Below are positions 1 to 17,900 of a stretch of DNA of 64,000 bases, piece after piece. Source of the DNA: the human T2T-CHM13v2.0 reference genome, Homo sapiens. Where the stretch lies: the NCBI RefSeq assembly GCF_009914755.1, contig NC_060931.1; one strand, 5' to 3'. A program made the translations under genes and the position numbers. The first letter of the stretch is position 1; each line of letters opens with the position of its first letter. The notes below the pieces were generated by a model. That model did not search any database, was not told where the DNA came from, and was given only the letters and a program-made list of their open reading frames with translations.

Positions 1-2745
1 GGCTGTAACACTGTGAGATGACTGCACACATAAGAAAACAGTTTCTGATAACTCTTGTTTCAGTTTTTATCTGAAGATATTTTCTTGTTCACCATAGGCC
101 TTTTTGTGCTATCATCACTTCGCAGATTACACAAAAACAGTACTTCCAAACTACTCAGTCAAATAAAAGTTTAACTCTGCGAGAGGAATGCATACATCAT
201 AAAGCAGTTCTCAAAAAGCTTCTTTCTAGTTTTTATCTGAAGATGTTTCCTTTTTCACCATAGGCTTCAAAGTGCTCCAAAATACCCATTCACTGATTCT
301 ACAAAAATGGTGTTTCCAAACTGCTAAATCAAAAGAAAAATTTAGCTCTGTGAAATGAATACATACATCACAAAGCAGTTTCTCATAACTCTTGTTTCCA
401 GTTTTTTCCTGAAAATATTTCCTTGATTGCCATAGGCCTTTTTGGGCTACCTATCATTGCTTTGCACATTACAAAAAAACAGTGTTTCCAAACTGCTCAG
501 TCAAAAGACAAGTTTAACTGTGTGAGATGAAAGCATACAGCACAAAGTAGTTTCTCAGAAAGCTTCTTTCTAGTTTTTTTATGAAGATATTTCCTTTTAC
601 ACCATAGGCCTCAATGCTCTCCCAATTATCCGTTACCAGATTCTACAAAAACAGTGTTTCTGAACTGTTCCATCAAAGGAAGGATTTAACTCTGTTAGAT
701 GAACAGACCCATCAGAAGGCAGTTTCTCATAAAGATTCATTCAATTTTTTATCTGAAGATATTTCCTTGTTTACCATAGGACTTTTTCACTACTTAATAT
801 CACTGCACAGATTTTACAAAAACAGTGTTTCCATACTATTCAGTCTAAAAAAAAGTTTAATGCTGTAAGACGATTGCACACATCACAAAGCAGTTTCTCA
901 AAAAACTTCTTTCAAATGTTTATCTGAAGATATTTCCTTTATCACCATAGGCTTCAATGCACTCCCAATATTCCATTACAGTTTCTACAAAATCAGTGTT
1001 TTCAAGCTGCTCAATCAAAAAACTGGTTTAAATCTGTGAGTTGAATGCACACATCTCACAGCAGTTTCTCAAAAAGTTCTTTCTAGTTTTTATCTGAAGA
1101 TTTTCCTTTTTCACCATAGGATTCATGCACTCCTAAATATCTCTTCACAGATTCTACAAAAACAGTGTTTCCAAACTGATCAATCAAAAGATAGGTTTAA
1201 CTCTGTGAGATGAATGCACACATCACAAAGCAGTTTCTCAAAAAGATTCTTTCTAGTTTTTATCTGAAGACATTTCCTTTTTCACCTCAGGTTTCAATGC
1301 ACTCCAAAATATCCCTTCACAAATTATACAAAAACATTGTTTCCAAACTGATCAATTAAAGAAAGGTTTAATTCTGTGAGATGAATGCATACATCCAAAG
1401 CAGTTTCTCAGAGAACTTCTTTCTAGTTTTTATATGAAGATATTTCCTTTTTGACCATAAGGGTCAAAGGGCTCCCAAATATCCCTTTGCGGATTCTACA
1501 AAAACAGTCTTTCCAAAGTGCTCAATCAAAAGAAAGCTTTCACTCTGTGAGATGAATGCACACATCACAAATCAGTTTCTCAGAAAGATTTCCTGTAGTT
1601 TATATCTGAAGATATAACCTTTTTCACCAAAGGTCTCATTGGGCTCACAAATACCCATTTTCAGATACTACAAAAACAGCCTTTCCAAACTCCTCCATCA
1701 AAACAAAGGTTTAACTCTGTGAGATGAATGCACACATTCAAAAGCAGTTTCTCAGAAAACGTCTTTCCAGTTTGCATCTGCAGATATTTCCTTTTTCTCC
1801 ATAGGCCTCAATGCACTCCCTAATATCACTTTGCAGATTCAACAAAAACAGAGTTTCCAAACTGCTCAATCCAAAGAAAGGTTTATCTCTGTGAGTTGAA
1901 TGCACGCATCTCAAAGCAGTGTCTCAGAATGTTTCTTTCTAGTTTTTATGTGAAGATATTTCATTTTTCACCCTAAGACTCAAAGGGCACCCAAATAAAC
2001 CTTGGCAGATTCTACAAAAGGAATCTATCCAAACTGCTGAATCCAAAAGTAGGTTTAACTCTTTGAGATGAATGCACCCATCACAAAGCAGTTTCTCAGA
2101 AAGTTTCTTTCTAGTTTGTATCTGAAGGTGTTTCCTTTACTGCCATAGGCCTCAAGGCTTTTCCCAATATTCATTCACGGATTCTACAAAAGCAGTGTTT
2201 GCAAACTGCTCTATCAAAAGAAACGTTTAACTCTATGAGATGCATGTAAACATTACAAAGCAGTTTCTCAGAGAGTCCCGTTCTCGTTTGTATCTGAAGA
2301 TATTTCCCTTTTCACCATAGGCCTCAATGGGCTCCTAAATATCACTTCATAGATTCTACAAAAAAAAGTGTTTCCAAATGGCTCAAAAAAAGAAAGGTTT
2401 AACTTTGTGAGATGAATGCACAATTCACAAAGCAGTTTCTGAGAAAGTTACTTTCTAGTTTTTATCTGAAAATATTTCCTGTTTCACCATTGGCCTCAAT
2501 GACCTCTGAAATATCTCTTCAAAGATTGTACAAAACCAGTGGCTCCAAACTGCTCAATCAAAAGAAAGGTTTAACTCTGTGAGAAGAATGCACAATTCAC
2601 AAAGCAGTTTCTGAGAAAGATACTTTCTAGTTTTTATCTGAAGTTTCTTCCTTTTTCATCATAGGCCTCAATATGCTCCCTAATATCCCTTCTCAGATTC
2701 TACAAAAACAGTGTTTCCAAACTGCTCAATCAAAAGTAAGGTTTA
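1..2745 (-). repeat. Alpha satellite, diverged, largely monomeric A-type array (reverse orientation)
   Basis: ~171-bp tandem units such as GATTCTACAAAAACAGTGTTTCCAAACTGCTCAATCAAAAGAAAGGTTTAACTCTGTGAGATGAATGCACACATCACAAAG, the reverse complement of the alphoid consensus. pJ-alpha box TTCCTTTTTCACCATAG at 247-263. Lacks the TCCATTC/CCCAGGAT monomer seen downstream. Confidence 0.97.
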
Positions 2746-3121
2746 GATTAGAGCCAAGATATCTGAATGGGAACAGCTCCAGTCTACAGCTCCCAGCATG
2801 AGCGACGAAGAAGACGGGTGATATCTTCATTTCCAACTGAAGTTCCAGTTTCATCTCACTGGGGAGTGTCAGACAGTGGGTGCAGGACACGGGGTGCAGC
2901 TCAATGAGTGTGAGCCACAGCAGGGTGAGTCATCACTTTACACAGGAAGTGCAAAGGGTCAGGGTATTCCCCTACTGAGTCAAAGAAAGGGGTGACAGAC
3001 AGCTCCTGGAAAATCAGGTCACTTCCACCCTAAGATTGCACTTTTCCAATGGTCTTAACAAATGGCATACCAGGAGATCATATCCCGTGCCTGGCTTAGT
3101 TGGTCCTATGCCCATGGAGAC

Positions 3122-3196
3122 TCACTCATTGCTAACACAGCAGTCTGAGATCAAATTGCAAGGTGGCAGTGAGGCTGGGAGAGGAGCGCCCACCAT
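3122..3196 (-). pseudogene. L1 ORF0 remnant, prematurely terminated
   Basis: Minus-strand ATG at 3196 reads MVGAPLPASLPPCNLISDCCVSNE*, matching the ORF0 N-terminus MAGAPPPASLPPCSLISDCC. The stop at codon 25 is a CGA>TGA-type change. Confidence 0.8.
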
Positions 3197-3518
3197 TGCT
3201 GAGGCTTCAGTAGGTAAACAAAGCAGCTGGGAAACTCAAACTTGGTGGAGTACACAGCAGGACAAGGAGGCCTGCCTGCCTCTGTAGACTCCACCTCTGG
3301 GGGCAGGGCATAGCCAAACGAACAGCAGCAGTAACTTCTGCAGCATTAAATGTCCCTGTCTGACAGCTTTGAAGAGAGTAGTGGTTCTTCCAGCACACAG
3401 CTTGAGAACTCAGAATGGACAGACTGCCTCCTCAAGTGGGGCCCTGACCCCTGAGTAGCCTAACTGGGAGGCACCTCCCGGTAGGTGCAGAGTGACACTT
3501 CACATGGCCAGGTGCTCC

Positions 3519-3646
3519 TCTGAGGAAAAACTTCCAGAGGAACAATCAGGCAGCAACATTTGCTTTTCACCAATATCCGCTGTTCTGTAGCCTCCACTGC
3601 TGATACCCAGACAAATAGGGTCTGGAGTGTATCTCCAGCAAACTCC
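3519..3646 (+). promoter_or_regulatory. ~129-bp 5' UTR segment carrying the ZNF93-binding region (deleted in younger L1PA3-L1HS)
   Basis: TCTGAGGAAAAACTTCCAGAGG...CCAGCAAACTCC lies between GGTGCTCC and AACAGACC, which are directly joined in L1HS. Confidence 0.75.
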
Positions 3647-3771
3647 AACAGACCTCCAGCTGAGGGTCTTGACTGTAAGAAGGAAAACTAATAAGCAGAA
3701 AGGATATCCACACCAAAACCCCATCTGTACATCACCATCATCAAAGACAAAAGGTAGATGAAACCACAAAG

Positions 3772-4786
3772 ATGTGAAAAAAAACAGAGCAGAAAAACTG
3801 GAAACTCTAAAAATCAGAGCACCTCTCCTCCTCTAAAGAATGCAGCTCCTCACCAGCAATAGAACAAAGCTGGACAGAGAATGACTTTGACAAGTTGAGA
3901 GAAGAAGGCTTCAGATGATCAAACTACTCTGAGCTAAAGGATGAAGTTCAAACCCATGGCAAAGAAGTTAAAAACTGTGAAAAAAAATTAGACAAATGGT
4001 TAACTAGAATAACCAATGCAGAGAAGTTCTTACAGGACCTGATGGAGCTGAAAACCACAGCATGAGAACTATGTGATGAATGCACAAGCCGCAGTAGCTG
4101 ATTCGATCACTTGAAGAAAGGGTATCAGTGGTGGAAGATCAAATGAATGAAATGAAGGGAGAAGAGAAATTTAGGGAAAAAAGAATAAAAAGAAATGAAC
4201 AAAGCCTCCAAGAAATATGGGACTAATGGAAAAGACCAAAAACACGTCTGATTGGTGTACCTGAAAGTGACGGGGGAATGGAACCAAGTTGGAAAACATT
4301 CTGCAGGTTATTATCCAGGAAAACTCCTCTAATCTGGAAAAGCAGGCCTACATTCAAATTCAGGAAATACAGCGAATGCCACAAAGATACTCCTCGAGAA
4401 GAGCAACTCCAAGACACATAATTGTCAGATTCATCAAAGTTGAAATGAAGGAAAAAATGTTAAGGGCAGCCAGAGAGAAAGGTCGGGTTACCCACAAAGG
4501 GAAGCCCATCAGACTAACAGCAGATTTCTCGGCAGAAACTGCACAAGCCAGAATAGAGTGGGGGCCAATATTCAACATTCTTAAAGAAAAGAATTTTCAA
4601 CCCAGAATTTCATATCCAGCCAAACTAAGCTTCATAAGTGAAGGAGAAATAAAATACTTTACAGACAAGCAAATGCTGAGAGATTTTGTCACCACAAGGC
4701 CTCCACTAAAAGAGCTACTGAAGGAAGCACTAAACATGGAAAGGAACAACCAGTGCCAGCCACTGCAAAAGCATGCCAAGTTGTAA
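3772..4786 (+). pseudogene. L1 ORF1p pseudogene
   Basis: ATG at 3772 is immediately followed by TGA. The C-terminal ORF1p frame is open at 4289-4786 (RATPRHIIVRF, REKGRVTHKGKPIRLTADFS, YPAKLSF). Confidence 0.95.
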
Positions 4787-4849
4787 AGACCATCAAGGCT
4801 AGGAAGAAACTGGATCAACTAATGAGCAAAATATCCAGCTAACATCATA

Positions 4850-8676
<3,827 letters not shown>

Positions 8677-8910
8677 GCAGTGAGAACACATGGACACAGG
8701 AAGGGGAACATCACACACCAGGGCCAGTTGTGGGGTGGGTGGAGTGGGGAAGGATAGCATTAGGAGATATACCTAATGCTAAATGACGAGTTCATGGGTG
8801 CAGCACACCAACATGACACATTTATACATATGTGACAAACCTGCACATTGTGCACATGTACCCTAAAACTTAAGGATAATAAAAATAAATAAATAAATAA
8901 AAATCAATTT

Positions 8911-11900
8911 AAAAAAACTAGCAAGAAGCTTTCTGAGAAACTGCTTTCTGATATTTGCATTCATCTCACAGAGTTAAACCTCGCTTCTCATTCAGCAGTT
9001 TGGAAACACTGATTTCTTAGAATCTGCAGAGATATTTGGTAGCGCTTTGAGGCCCATGGTGAAAAAGGAAATATATTGAGATAAAAACTAGCAAGAAGCT
9101 TTCTGAGAAACTGTCTTGTGATGTGTTCATTCATCCCAAAGAGTTAAACTTTCCTTTGGATTCAGCAGCTTGGAAAAACTGTTTCTGTTGATTCTGTGAA
9201 TGGACATTTGGGAGCTCATTGAGGCCAATGGCAAAAAAGCAAATATCCCGGGATAAAAACTAGAAAGAAGCCATCTGAGAAACCGCTTTGTGATGTGTGC
9301 ATTCATCTAGCAGAGTTAAACCATTCTTTTCATATGGTAGTTTGGAAACTGTTTTCTTAGAAACTGCGCAGCTATATTTCCTAGCGCAGCACTGTGGCCC
9401 ATGGTGAAAAAGGAAATGTCCTCAGATAAATACTAGCAAGAAGCTTTCTGAGAAACTGCTTTGTGATGTGTTCATTCATCTGACAGAGTTAAGTCTTTCT
9501 TTGGTTTCAGCAGTTTGGTAACACGGTTTTTGTCCATTCTGTGAGTGACTGTTTGGGAGCTCTTTGAAGCCAAAGCCAAAAAAGTGAATATCCCAGGATT
9601 AAAACTAGGAGGAAGCTATCTGAGAAACTGCTTTGTGATGTGGTGCATTCATTTAGAAGTGTTAAACCTTTGTTTTCATTCAGCAGTTGGAAACACTGTT
9701 TTGGTAGAAACTGCAAAAGGATATTTGGCAGCGCATTGAGGCCTATGGGGAAAACGGAAATATCTTCAGATGAAAACTAGAAAGAAACTTTCTGAGAAAC
9801 TACTTGGTGATGTGTGCATTCATCTCGCAGAGTTAAACCTTTCTTTTCATTCAGCAGTTTGGAAACACTGTTTCTGTCGAGTCTGTGAATGGACTTTTGG
9901 GAGCTCATTGAGGCAATAGGGAAAGAGTGAATATCCCTGCATTAAAACTAGAAGAAATCTATCTGCAAAATTGCTTTGCGATTTGTGAATTCATCTCACA
10001 GGGTTAAACCTTTCTTTTCATTCAGCAGTTTGGAAACACGGATTTCTTAGAATCTGTGAAGAGATATATGGTAGCACTTTGAGGCCCATGGTGAAAAAGG
10101 AAATATCTTCAGATAAAAACTAGCAAGAATCTTTCTGAGAAACTACTTTGTGATGTGTGCATTCATCTCACAGAGTTAAACCTTTCTTTTTATTCAGCAG
10201 TTTGGAATATCTGATTTCTTTGAATCTGCAAAGAGACATTTGGTAGCACTTTGAGGCCCATGGTGAAAAAGGAAATATCTTCAGATAAAAACCAGCAAGA
10301 AGCTTTCTGAGAAACTCTCTTGTGATGTGTTCATTCATCCTACAGAGTTAAACTTTTCTTTGGATTCGGCAGTTTGGAAACACTATTTCTGTTGATTCTC
10401 CAAAAGGACATTTGGGAGCTCTTTGAGGCTAGTGGCAGAAAAAGGAATATCCCAGGATAAAAACCAGAAGGACATTATCTGAGAAACCGTTATTGGATGT
10501 GTGCACTCATCTAGCAGAGTTCAACCATTCTTTTCATTCAGCAATTTGGAAACAGTGTTTTCTTAGAATCTGTGCAGCTATATTTGCTAGCGCAGCATTG
10601 TGGCTCATGGTGAAAAGATATATCTTCAGATAATTACTAGCAAGAAGCTTTCTGAGAAACCGCTTTGTGATGTGTTCATTCTCCCAGCAGAGTTAAGCCT
10701 TTCTTTGGTTTCAGCAGTTTGGTAACACGCTTTTTGTCCATTCTGTGAGTGGACGTTTGGGAGCTCATTGAAGCCAAAGCAGAAAAAGTGAATATCCCAG
10801 GATTAAAACTAGAAGAAAGCTATCTGAGAAACTTCTTTGTGACGTGTGCACTCACCTAGTAGTGTTAAACCTTTCTTTTCATTCAGCAGTTTGGAAACAC
10901 TGTTTTTGTAGAAACTGCAAAAGGATATTTGGCAGCACATTGAGACATATGGGGAAAAAGGAAATATCTTCACATGAAAACTAGAAAGAAACTTTCTAAG
11001 AAACTGCTTCATGATGTGCTCATTCATCTCACAGAGTTAAACCTTTCTTTGGATTCAACAGTTTGGAAATATTGTTTTTTTCCATTTCGAGAATGGACAT
11101 TTTGGAGCTCATTGAGGCCAATGGCAAAAAAGCCAATATCCCAGGATACAAACTAGAAGGAAGTTATCTGAGTGACCGATTAGTGATGTGTGCATTCATC
11201 TCACAGACTTAAATCTTTCTTTTCATTCAGCAGTTCAGAAACACTGTTTTCTTAGAATCTGCCAAGAGATATTTTGAAGACTATGGAGGTCAACAGGGAA
11301 AAATGAAATATCTTCCGATAAAAACTAGAAAGAAGCTTAATGAGAAACTAGTTTTTGATGTGTGCATTCATCTCAGAGAGTTAAACGTGGCTTTGGATTC
11401 TGCTGTTTGGAAGCACAGTTTTTGTCCATTCTTGGAATGGACATTTGGGAACTCATTGAGGCCAATGGTGAAAAAGCAAATATCCCAGGATAACAACTAG
11501 AAGGAAGCTATCTGAGAAACTGCTTTCCAATGTGAGCATTCTTCTAGCAGAGTTAAACCATTCTTTTCATTCAGCCGTTTGGAAACAGTGTTTTCTTAGA
11601 ATCTGCACAGCTATATTTGCTAGTGCAGCATTGTGACCCTTAGTGAAAAAGGAAATATCTTCAGATAAATACTAGCAAGAAGATTTCTGAGAAACTGCTT
11701 TGTGATGTGTTCATTCATCCAACAGAATTAAGCCATTCTTTGGTCTCAGCAGTTTGGTAACATGGTTTTTGTCCATTCTGTTAGTGGACGTTTGGGAGCT
11801 CATTGAAGCCAAAGCTGAAAAAGTGAATATCCCAGGATTAAAACTAGAAGGAAGCTATCTGAGAAATCACTTTGTGATGTGTGCACTCATGTAGCAGTGT

Positions 11901-14900
11901 TAAATTATTCTTTTCAGTCAGCAGTTAGGAAACACTGTTTTTGTAGAAACCACGGATTGATATTTGGCAGTGCATTGAGGCCTATGGGGAAAAAGGAAAT
12001 ATCTTCAGATGAAAACTAGAAAGAAACTTTCTGAGAAACTGCTTCATGATGTGTTCATTCATCTCACAGAGTTAAACCTTTCTTTGGATTCAGCAGTTTG
12101 GAAATACTGTTTTTTTTTTTTTCCATTTTGCAAATGGACATTTTGGAGCTCATTGAGGCCAATGGTGAAAAAGCGAATATCCCTGGGTAAAAATCAGAAA
12201 GAAGTGATCTGAGTAATCAATTCATGATATGTGCATTCATCTCACAGAGTTAAACCTTTCTTTTCATTCAGCAATTTGGAAAAACTGATTTCTTAGAATC
12301 TGCAAAGAGATATTTCGAAGTACGTTGAGACCTATCATGAAAAAGGATATATCTTCAGATAAAAACTAGCAAGAAGCTTTCTGAGAAACTGCTTTATGAT
12401 TTATTCATTCATCCCACAGAGTAAAACCTTTCTTTGGATTCAGCAGTTTAGAAACACTGTTTCTGTCAAGTGTGCGAATTGACATTTTGGAGCTCAGTGA
12501 GGCCAATGGGGAAAAAACAAATATCCCAGGATTAAAACCAGAAGAAAGCTATCTGAGAAACTGCTTTGTGATGTGTGCATTCATCTTACAGAGTTAAACC
12601 TTTCTTTTCATTTAGCAGTTTGGAAACACTGATTTCTAAGAATCTGCAAAGAGATATTTCACAACACTTTGAGGCCAATGGGGAAAAAGCAAATATCCCA
12701 GCATTAAAATTCACATGAAGCTTTCCGAGAAACTGTCTTGTGATGTGGTCATGCATCCCACAGAGTTTAACTTTCTTTGGATTCAGCAGTTTGGAATCAC
12801 TGTTTCTGTCGATTCTCCAAATGGACCTTTGGGAGTCATTGAGGCCAGTGGCAAAAAAGCAAATATCCCAGGATGAAAACTAGAAGGAAGTTACCTGAGA
12901 AACCGTTATCTGATGTGTGCATTCATCTAGCAGAGTTTAACCATTCTTTTCATTCAGTAGTTTGGAAACAGTGTTTTCTTAGAATCTGCGCAGCTATGTT
13001 TCCTAGTGCAGCAATGTGGCCCATGGTGAAAAAGGAAATATCTTCAGATAAATACTAGCGAGAAGCTTTCCGAGAAACTGCTTTGTGATGTGTTCATTCA
13101 TCCAATAGAGTTAAGCCTTTCTTTGGTTTCAGCAGTTTGATAATACGGTTTTTGTCCATTCTGTGAGTGGAAGTTTGGGAGCTCATTGAAGCCAAAGCAG
13201 AAAAAGTGAATATCCCAGGATTAAAACTAGAAGGAAGCTATCTGATAAACCATTTGGTGATGTGTGCACTCATCTAGAAGTGTTAAACCTTTCTTTTCAT
13301 TCAGCAGTTTGGAGACACTGTTTTTGTAGAAACTGTGAAAGGATATTTGGCAGCACACTGATGCCCATGGGCAAAAAATAAATACCTTCAGTTGAAAACT
13401 AGAAAGAAACTTTCTGAGAAACTGCTTTGTGATGTGTTCATTCATCTCAGAGAGTTAAACCTTTCTTTGGATTCAGCTGTTTGGAAATACTTTTTTTTTC
13501 CATTTTGCAAATGGACATTTAGGAGTTCATTGAGGCCAATGGTGAAAAATCCAATTTCCTAGGATAAAAACTAGAAGGACGTTATCTGAGTAAACAATTC
13601 ATGATGTGTGCATTCATCTCACAGAGGTAAATCTTTCTTTTCATTCAGCAGTTCAGAAACACTTTCTTAAGAATCTCCCAAGATATATTTGGAAGACTAT
13701 GGAGGTCAACAGTGAAAAATGAAATATCTTTTGACAAAACCTAGAAAAAAGCTTAATGAGAAACTGGTTTGGGATGTGTGCATTGGTCTCCGAGAATTAA
13801 ACCTGGCTTTGGATACAGCTGTTTGGAAGCACAGTTTTGTCCATGCTTGGAATGGACATTTGGGAAACTCATTGATGCCAATGGCAAAAAAGTGAATATC
13901 CCAGGATAAAAACTAGAAGGAAATTATATGAGAAACCGACTGGTGATGTGTACATTCATCTCAGAGACTTAAACCTTTCTTTGGATTCACTAGTTTGGAA
14001 ACACTGTTTGTGTCCATCCTGTGAATGGACGTTTGTTAGCTCATTGAGGCCAATGGCAAAGAGTTGAATATCCCAGGATTAAAGCTAGAAGAAAGTGATC
14101 TGAGAAACTGCTTTGTGATGTGTGCATTCATCTCACAGAGTTAAACCTTTATTTTCATTCAGCAGTTTGGAAACACTGATTTCTTGGAATCTGCAAAGAG
14201 ATATTTAGTAGTGTTCTGAAGCCCATGGTGAAAAAGGAAATATCTTTAGAAAACTACTAACAAGAAGCTTTCTGAGAAACTAGTTTATGATGTGTTCATT
14301 CACCCCACCAACTTCAACTTTTCTTTGGATTTAGCTGTTTGGAAACACTGTTTCTGTCGATTCTGCAGATGGACATTTGGGAGCTCATTGAGGCCAAAGC
14401 CAAAAAAGTGAATATCTCAGGATAAAAACTAGAAGGAAGTTATCTGAGAAACCGCTTTCTGATGTGTGCATTCATCTAGAAGAGTTAAACCATTCTTTTC
14501 ATTCAGCATTTTGGAAACAGTGTTTTCTTACTAACAGCCCAGCTATATTTGCCAGCACAGCAGTGTAGCCCATGGTGAAAACGGAAATATCTTCAGATAA
14601 AAACTAGCAAGTAGCTTTCTGAGAAACTGCTTTGTGATGTGTGCACTCATCTAGCAGTGTTAAACCTTTCTTTTCATTCAGCAGTTAGGAAACACTGCTT
14701 TTGTAGAAACTGCAAAAGGATAACTGGCAGCGCATTGAGATATACGGGGAAAAATGAAATATCTTCAGATGAAAACTAGAAAGAATCTTTCTGAGAAACT
14801 GCTTTGTGATATGTTCATTCATCTCACAGAGTTAAACCTTCCTTTGGATTGAGCAGTCTGGAAATACTGTTTTTTTTCCATTTAGTGAATGGACATTTTG

Positions 14901-17900
14901 GTGCTCATTGAGGCCAATGGCAAAAAACCCAATATCCCAGGATAAAAACTAGAAGGAAGTTATCTGAGTAATCAATTCATGATGTGTGCATTCATCTCAC
15001 AGAGTTAAATCTTTCTTTTCATTCAGCAGTTCAGAAACACTGTTTTCTTAGAATCTGCCAGGAGATATTTTGTAGACTATGGAGGTCAACAGTGAAAAAT
15101 GAAATATCTTTGATAAAAATTAGAAAGAAGCTTAAAGAGAAACTGGCTTGGGACGTGTGTATTCATCTCAGAGAGTTAAACTTGGCTTTGGATTCTGCTG
15201 TTTGGAAGCACAGTTTTTGTCCATTCTTGGAATGGACATTTGGGAACTCATTGAAGCCAGTGCTGAAAAAGCAAATATCCCAGGATAAAAACCAGAAGGA
15301 AGTTATGTGAGAAACCAATTCGTGATATGTGGATTTATCTCACACAGTTAAACCTTCCTTTTCAGTCAGCAGTTTGGAAACACTGATTTCTAAGAATCTG
15401 CAAAGAGATATTTGGAAGGGCGTTGAGGCCTATGGTGAAAAAGGATATATCTTCGGATAAAACTAGCAAGAAGATTTCTGAGAATCTGTTTTGTGTTGTG
15501 TTCATTCATCCCACAGAGTTAAACCTTTCTTTGGATTCAGCAGCTTGGAAACACTGTTTCTGTCGAGTTTGTGAATGGACATTTGGGAGCTCATTGAGGC
15601 CAAAGGGGAAAAAGCGAATATCCCAGGATAAAAACTAGAAGGATGTTACACGAGAAACCGATTCATGATGTGTGCATTCATCTCAGATCGCTAAACTTTT
15701 CTTTGGATTCAGTAATTTGGAAACACTATTTGTGTCCATTCCATGAATGGACGTTTGGGAGCTCACTGGAGCCAAAGCCAAAAAAGCAAATATGCCAGGA
15801 TTAAAACTAGAATGAAGCTATCTGAGAAACTGCTTTGTGATGTGTGCATTCATCCAACAGAGTTAAACCTTTCTTTTCATTTGGAAATTTTGGAAACACT
15901 GATTTCTTAGAAGCTGCAAAGAGATATTTGGTAGCACTTTCAGGACCATGGTGAAAAAGAAAATATCTTCAGATAAAAACTAGCAAGAATCTTTCTGAGA
16001 AACTACTTTGTGATGTGTTCATTCATCCCATCAAGTTCAACTTTTGTTTGGATTCAGCAGTTTGGAAACACTGTTTCTGTCGATTCTGAGAATGGACATT
16101 TGGGAGCTCATTGAAACCAATGACAAAAAAGTGAATATCCCAGGATAAAAAACTAAAAGGAAATTATCTCAGAAACCACTTTTTAAAGTGTGCATTCATC
16201 AAGCAAAATTAAACCATTCTTTTCATTCAGCAGTTTGGAAACAGTGTTTTCTTAGAATATGCACAGCTATAGTTGGCAGCACATTGTGGCTCATGGTGAA
16301 AAAGGAAATATCTGCAGAAAAAAACTAGCAAGAAGCTTTCTGAGAATATGCTTTGTGATGTGTTCATTCATCCAACGGAGTTAAGCCTTTCATTGGTTTC
16401 AGCAGTTTGGTAACACTGTTTTTGTCCATTCTGCGAATGGACATTTGGGAGCTCATTGAAGTCAAAGCCAAAAAAGTGAATATCCCAGGATTAAAACTAG
16501 AAGGAAGCTATCTGAGAAAAAGCTCTGTGATGTGTGCATTCATCTAGAAGTGTTAAACCTTTATTTTCATTCAGCAGTTTGGAAACACTGTTTTTGTAGA
16601 AACTGCAAAAGGATATTTGGCAGTGCATTGAGACATACGGGGAAAAAGGAAATACCTTCAGATGAAAACTAGAAAGAAACTTTCTGAGAAACTGCTTTGT
16701 GATGTGTTCATTCATCTCACAGAGTTAAACCTTTCTTTGCATTCAGCAGTTTGGAAATACTGGTTTTTTTCCATTTTGCGAATGGACATTTTGGAGCTCA
16801 TTGAAGCCATTGTCAAAAAAGCAATTATCCCAGGATGAAAACTAGAAGGAAGTTATCTGGGAAACAGATTCATGATGTGTGCATTCATCTCACAGGGGTA
16901 AATCTTTCTTTTCATTCTGCAGTTTAGAAACACTGTTTTCTTAGAATCTGCCAAGAGATATTTGGAAGACTATGGAGGTCAGTGGTGAAAAATGAAATAT
17001 CTTCTGATAAAAACTAGAAAGAAGCTTACTGAGAAACTGATTTGGTAAGTGTGCATTCATCTCAGAGAGGTAAGCCTGGTTTTGGATTCAGCAGTTTGGA
17101 AACACAGTTTTTGTCCATTCTTGGAATGGACATTTTGGAACTCGTTGAGGCCAATGGTGAAAAAGCGAATATCCCAGGATAAAAACTGGAAGGAAGTTAG
17201 CTGAGAAACAAATTCGTGATGTGTGCATTCATCTACCAGAGTTAAACTTTTCTTTCCGTTCATTAGTTTGGAAGCACTGATTTATTAGAATCTGTGAAGA
17301 GATATTTGGTAGCACATTGAGGCCTAAGGAGATAAAGGATATATCTTCAGATAAAAGCAAGCAAGAAGCTTTCTGAGAAACTGTTTTGTGATGTGTTCAT
17401 TCATCCAACAGAGATAAACTTTTCTTTGGAGTCAGAAGTTTGGAAACACTGTTTCTGTTGATTCTGCAAACGGATATTTGGGAGCTCATTGAATCCAGTC
17501 CCAAAAAAGCAAATATCACAGGATTAAAACTAGATGGAAGCTATCTGAGAAACAGCTTTTTGATATGTGCATCCATCTCACAGAGTTAAACCTTTCTTTT
17601 CATTCAGCAGTTTGGAATCACTGATTTCTTACAATCTGCAAAGAGATATTTGGGAGCCCAAGTGAAGTCGATGGTGAAAAAGGAAACATCTTCAGATAAA
17701 AACTAGCAAGAAGCTTTCTGAGAAACTACTTTGTGATATGTTCATTCATCACACGGAGATAAACATTTCCTTGGATTCAGAAGTTTGAAAATACCGTTTT
17801 TCTCCATTCTGTGAATGAGCATTTGGGAGCTCATTGGGGTCAAAGGCGAAAAAGCAAATATCCCCTGATAAAATCTTGAAGGAAGTTGTCTGAGAAACGG

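Larger units (their letters stand above)
2751..3771 (+). promoter_or_regulatory. L1 5' UTR / internal promoter (degenerate)
   Basis: Colinear with the L1PA 5' UTR. The YY1 core CAAGATGGCCG is altered to CAAGATATCTG and most CpGs have decayed. Confidence 0.85.
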
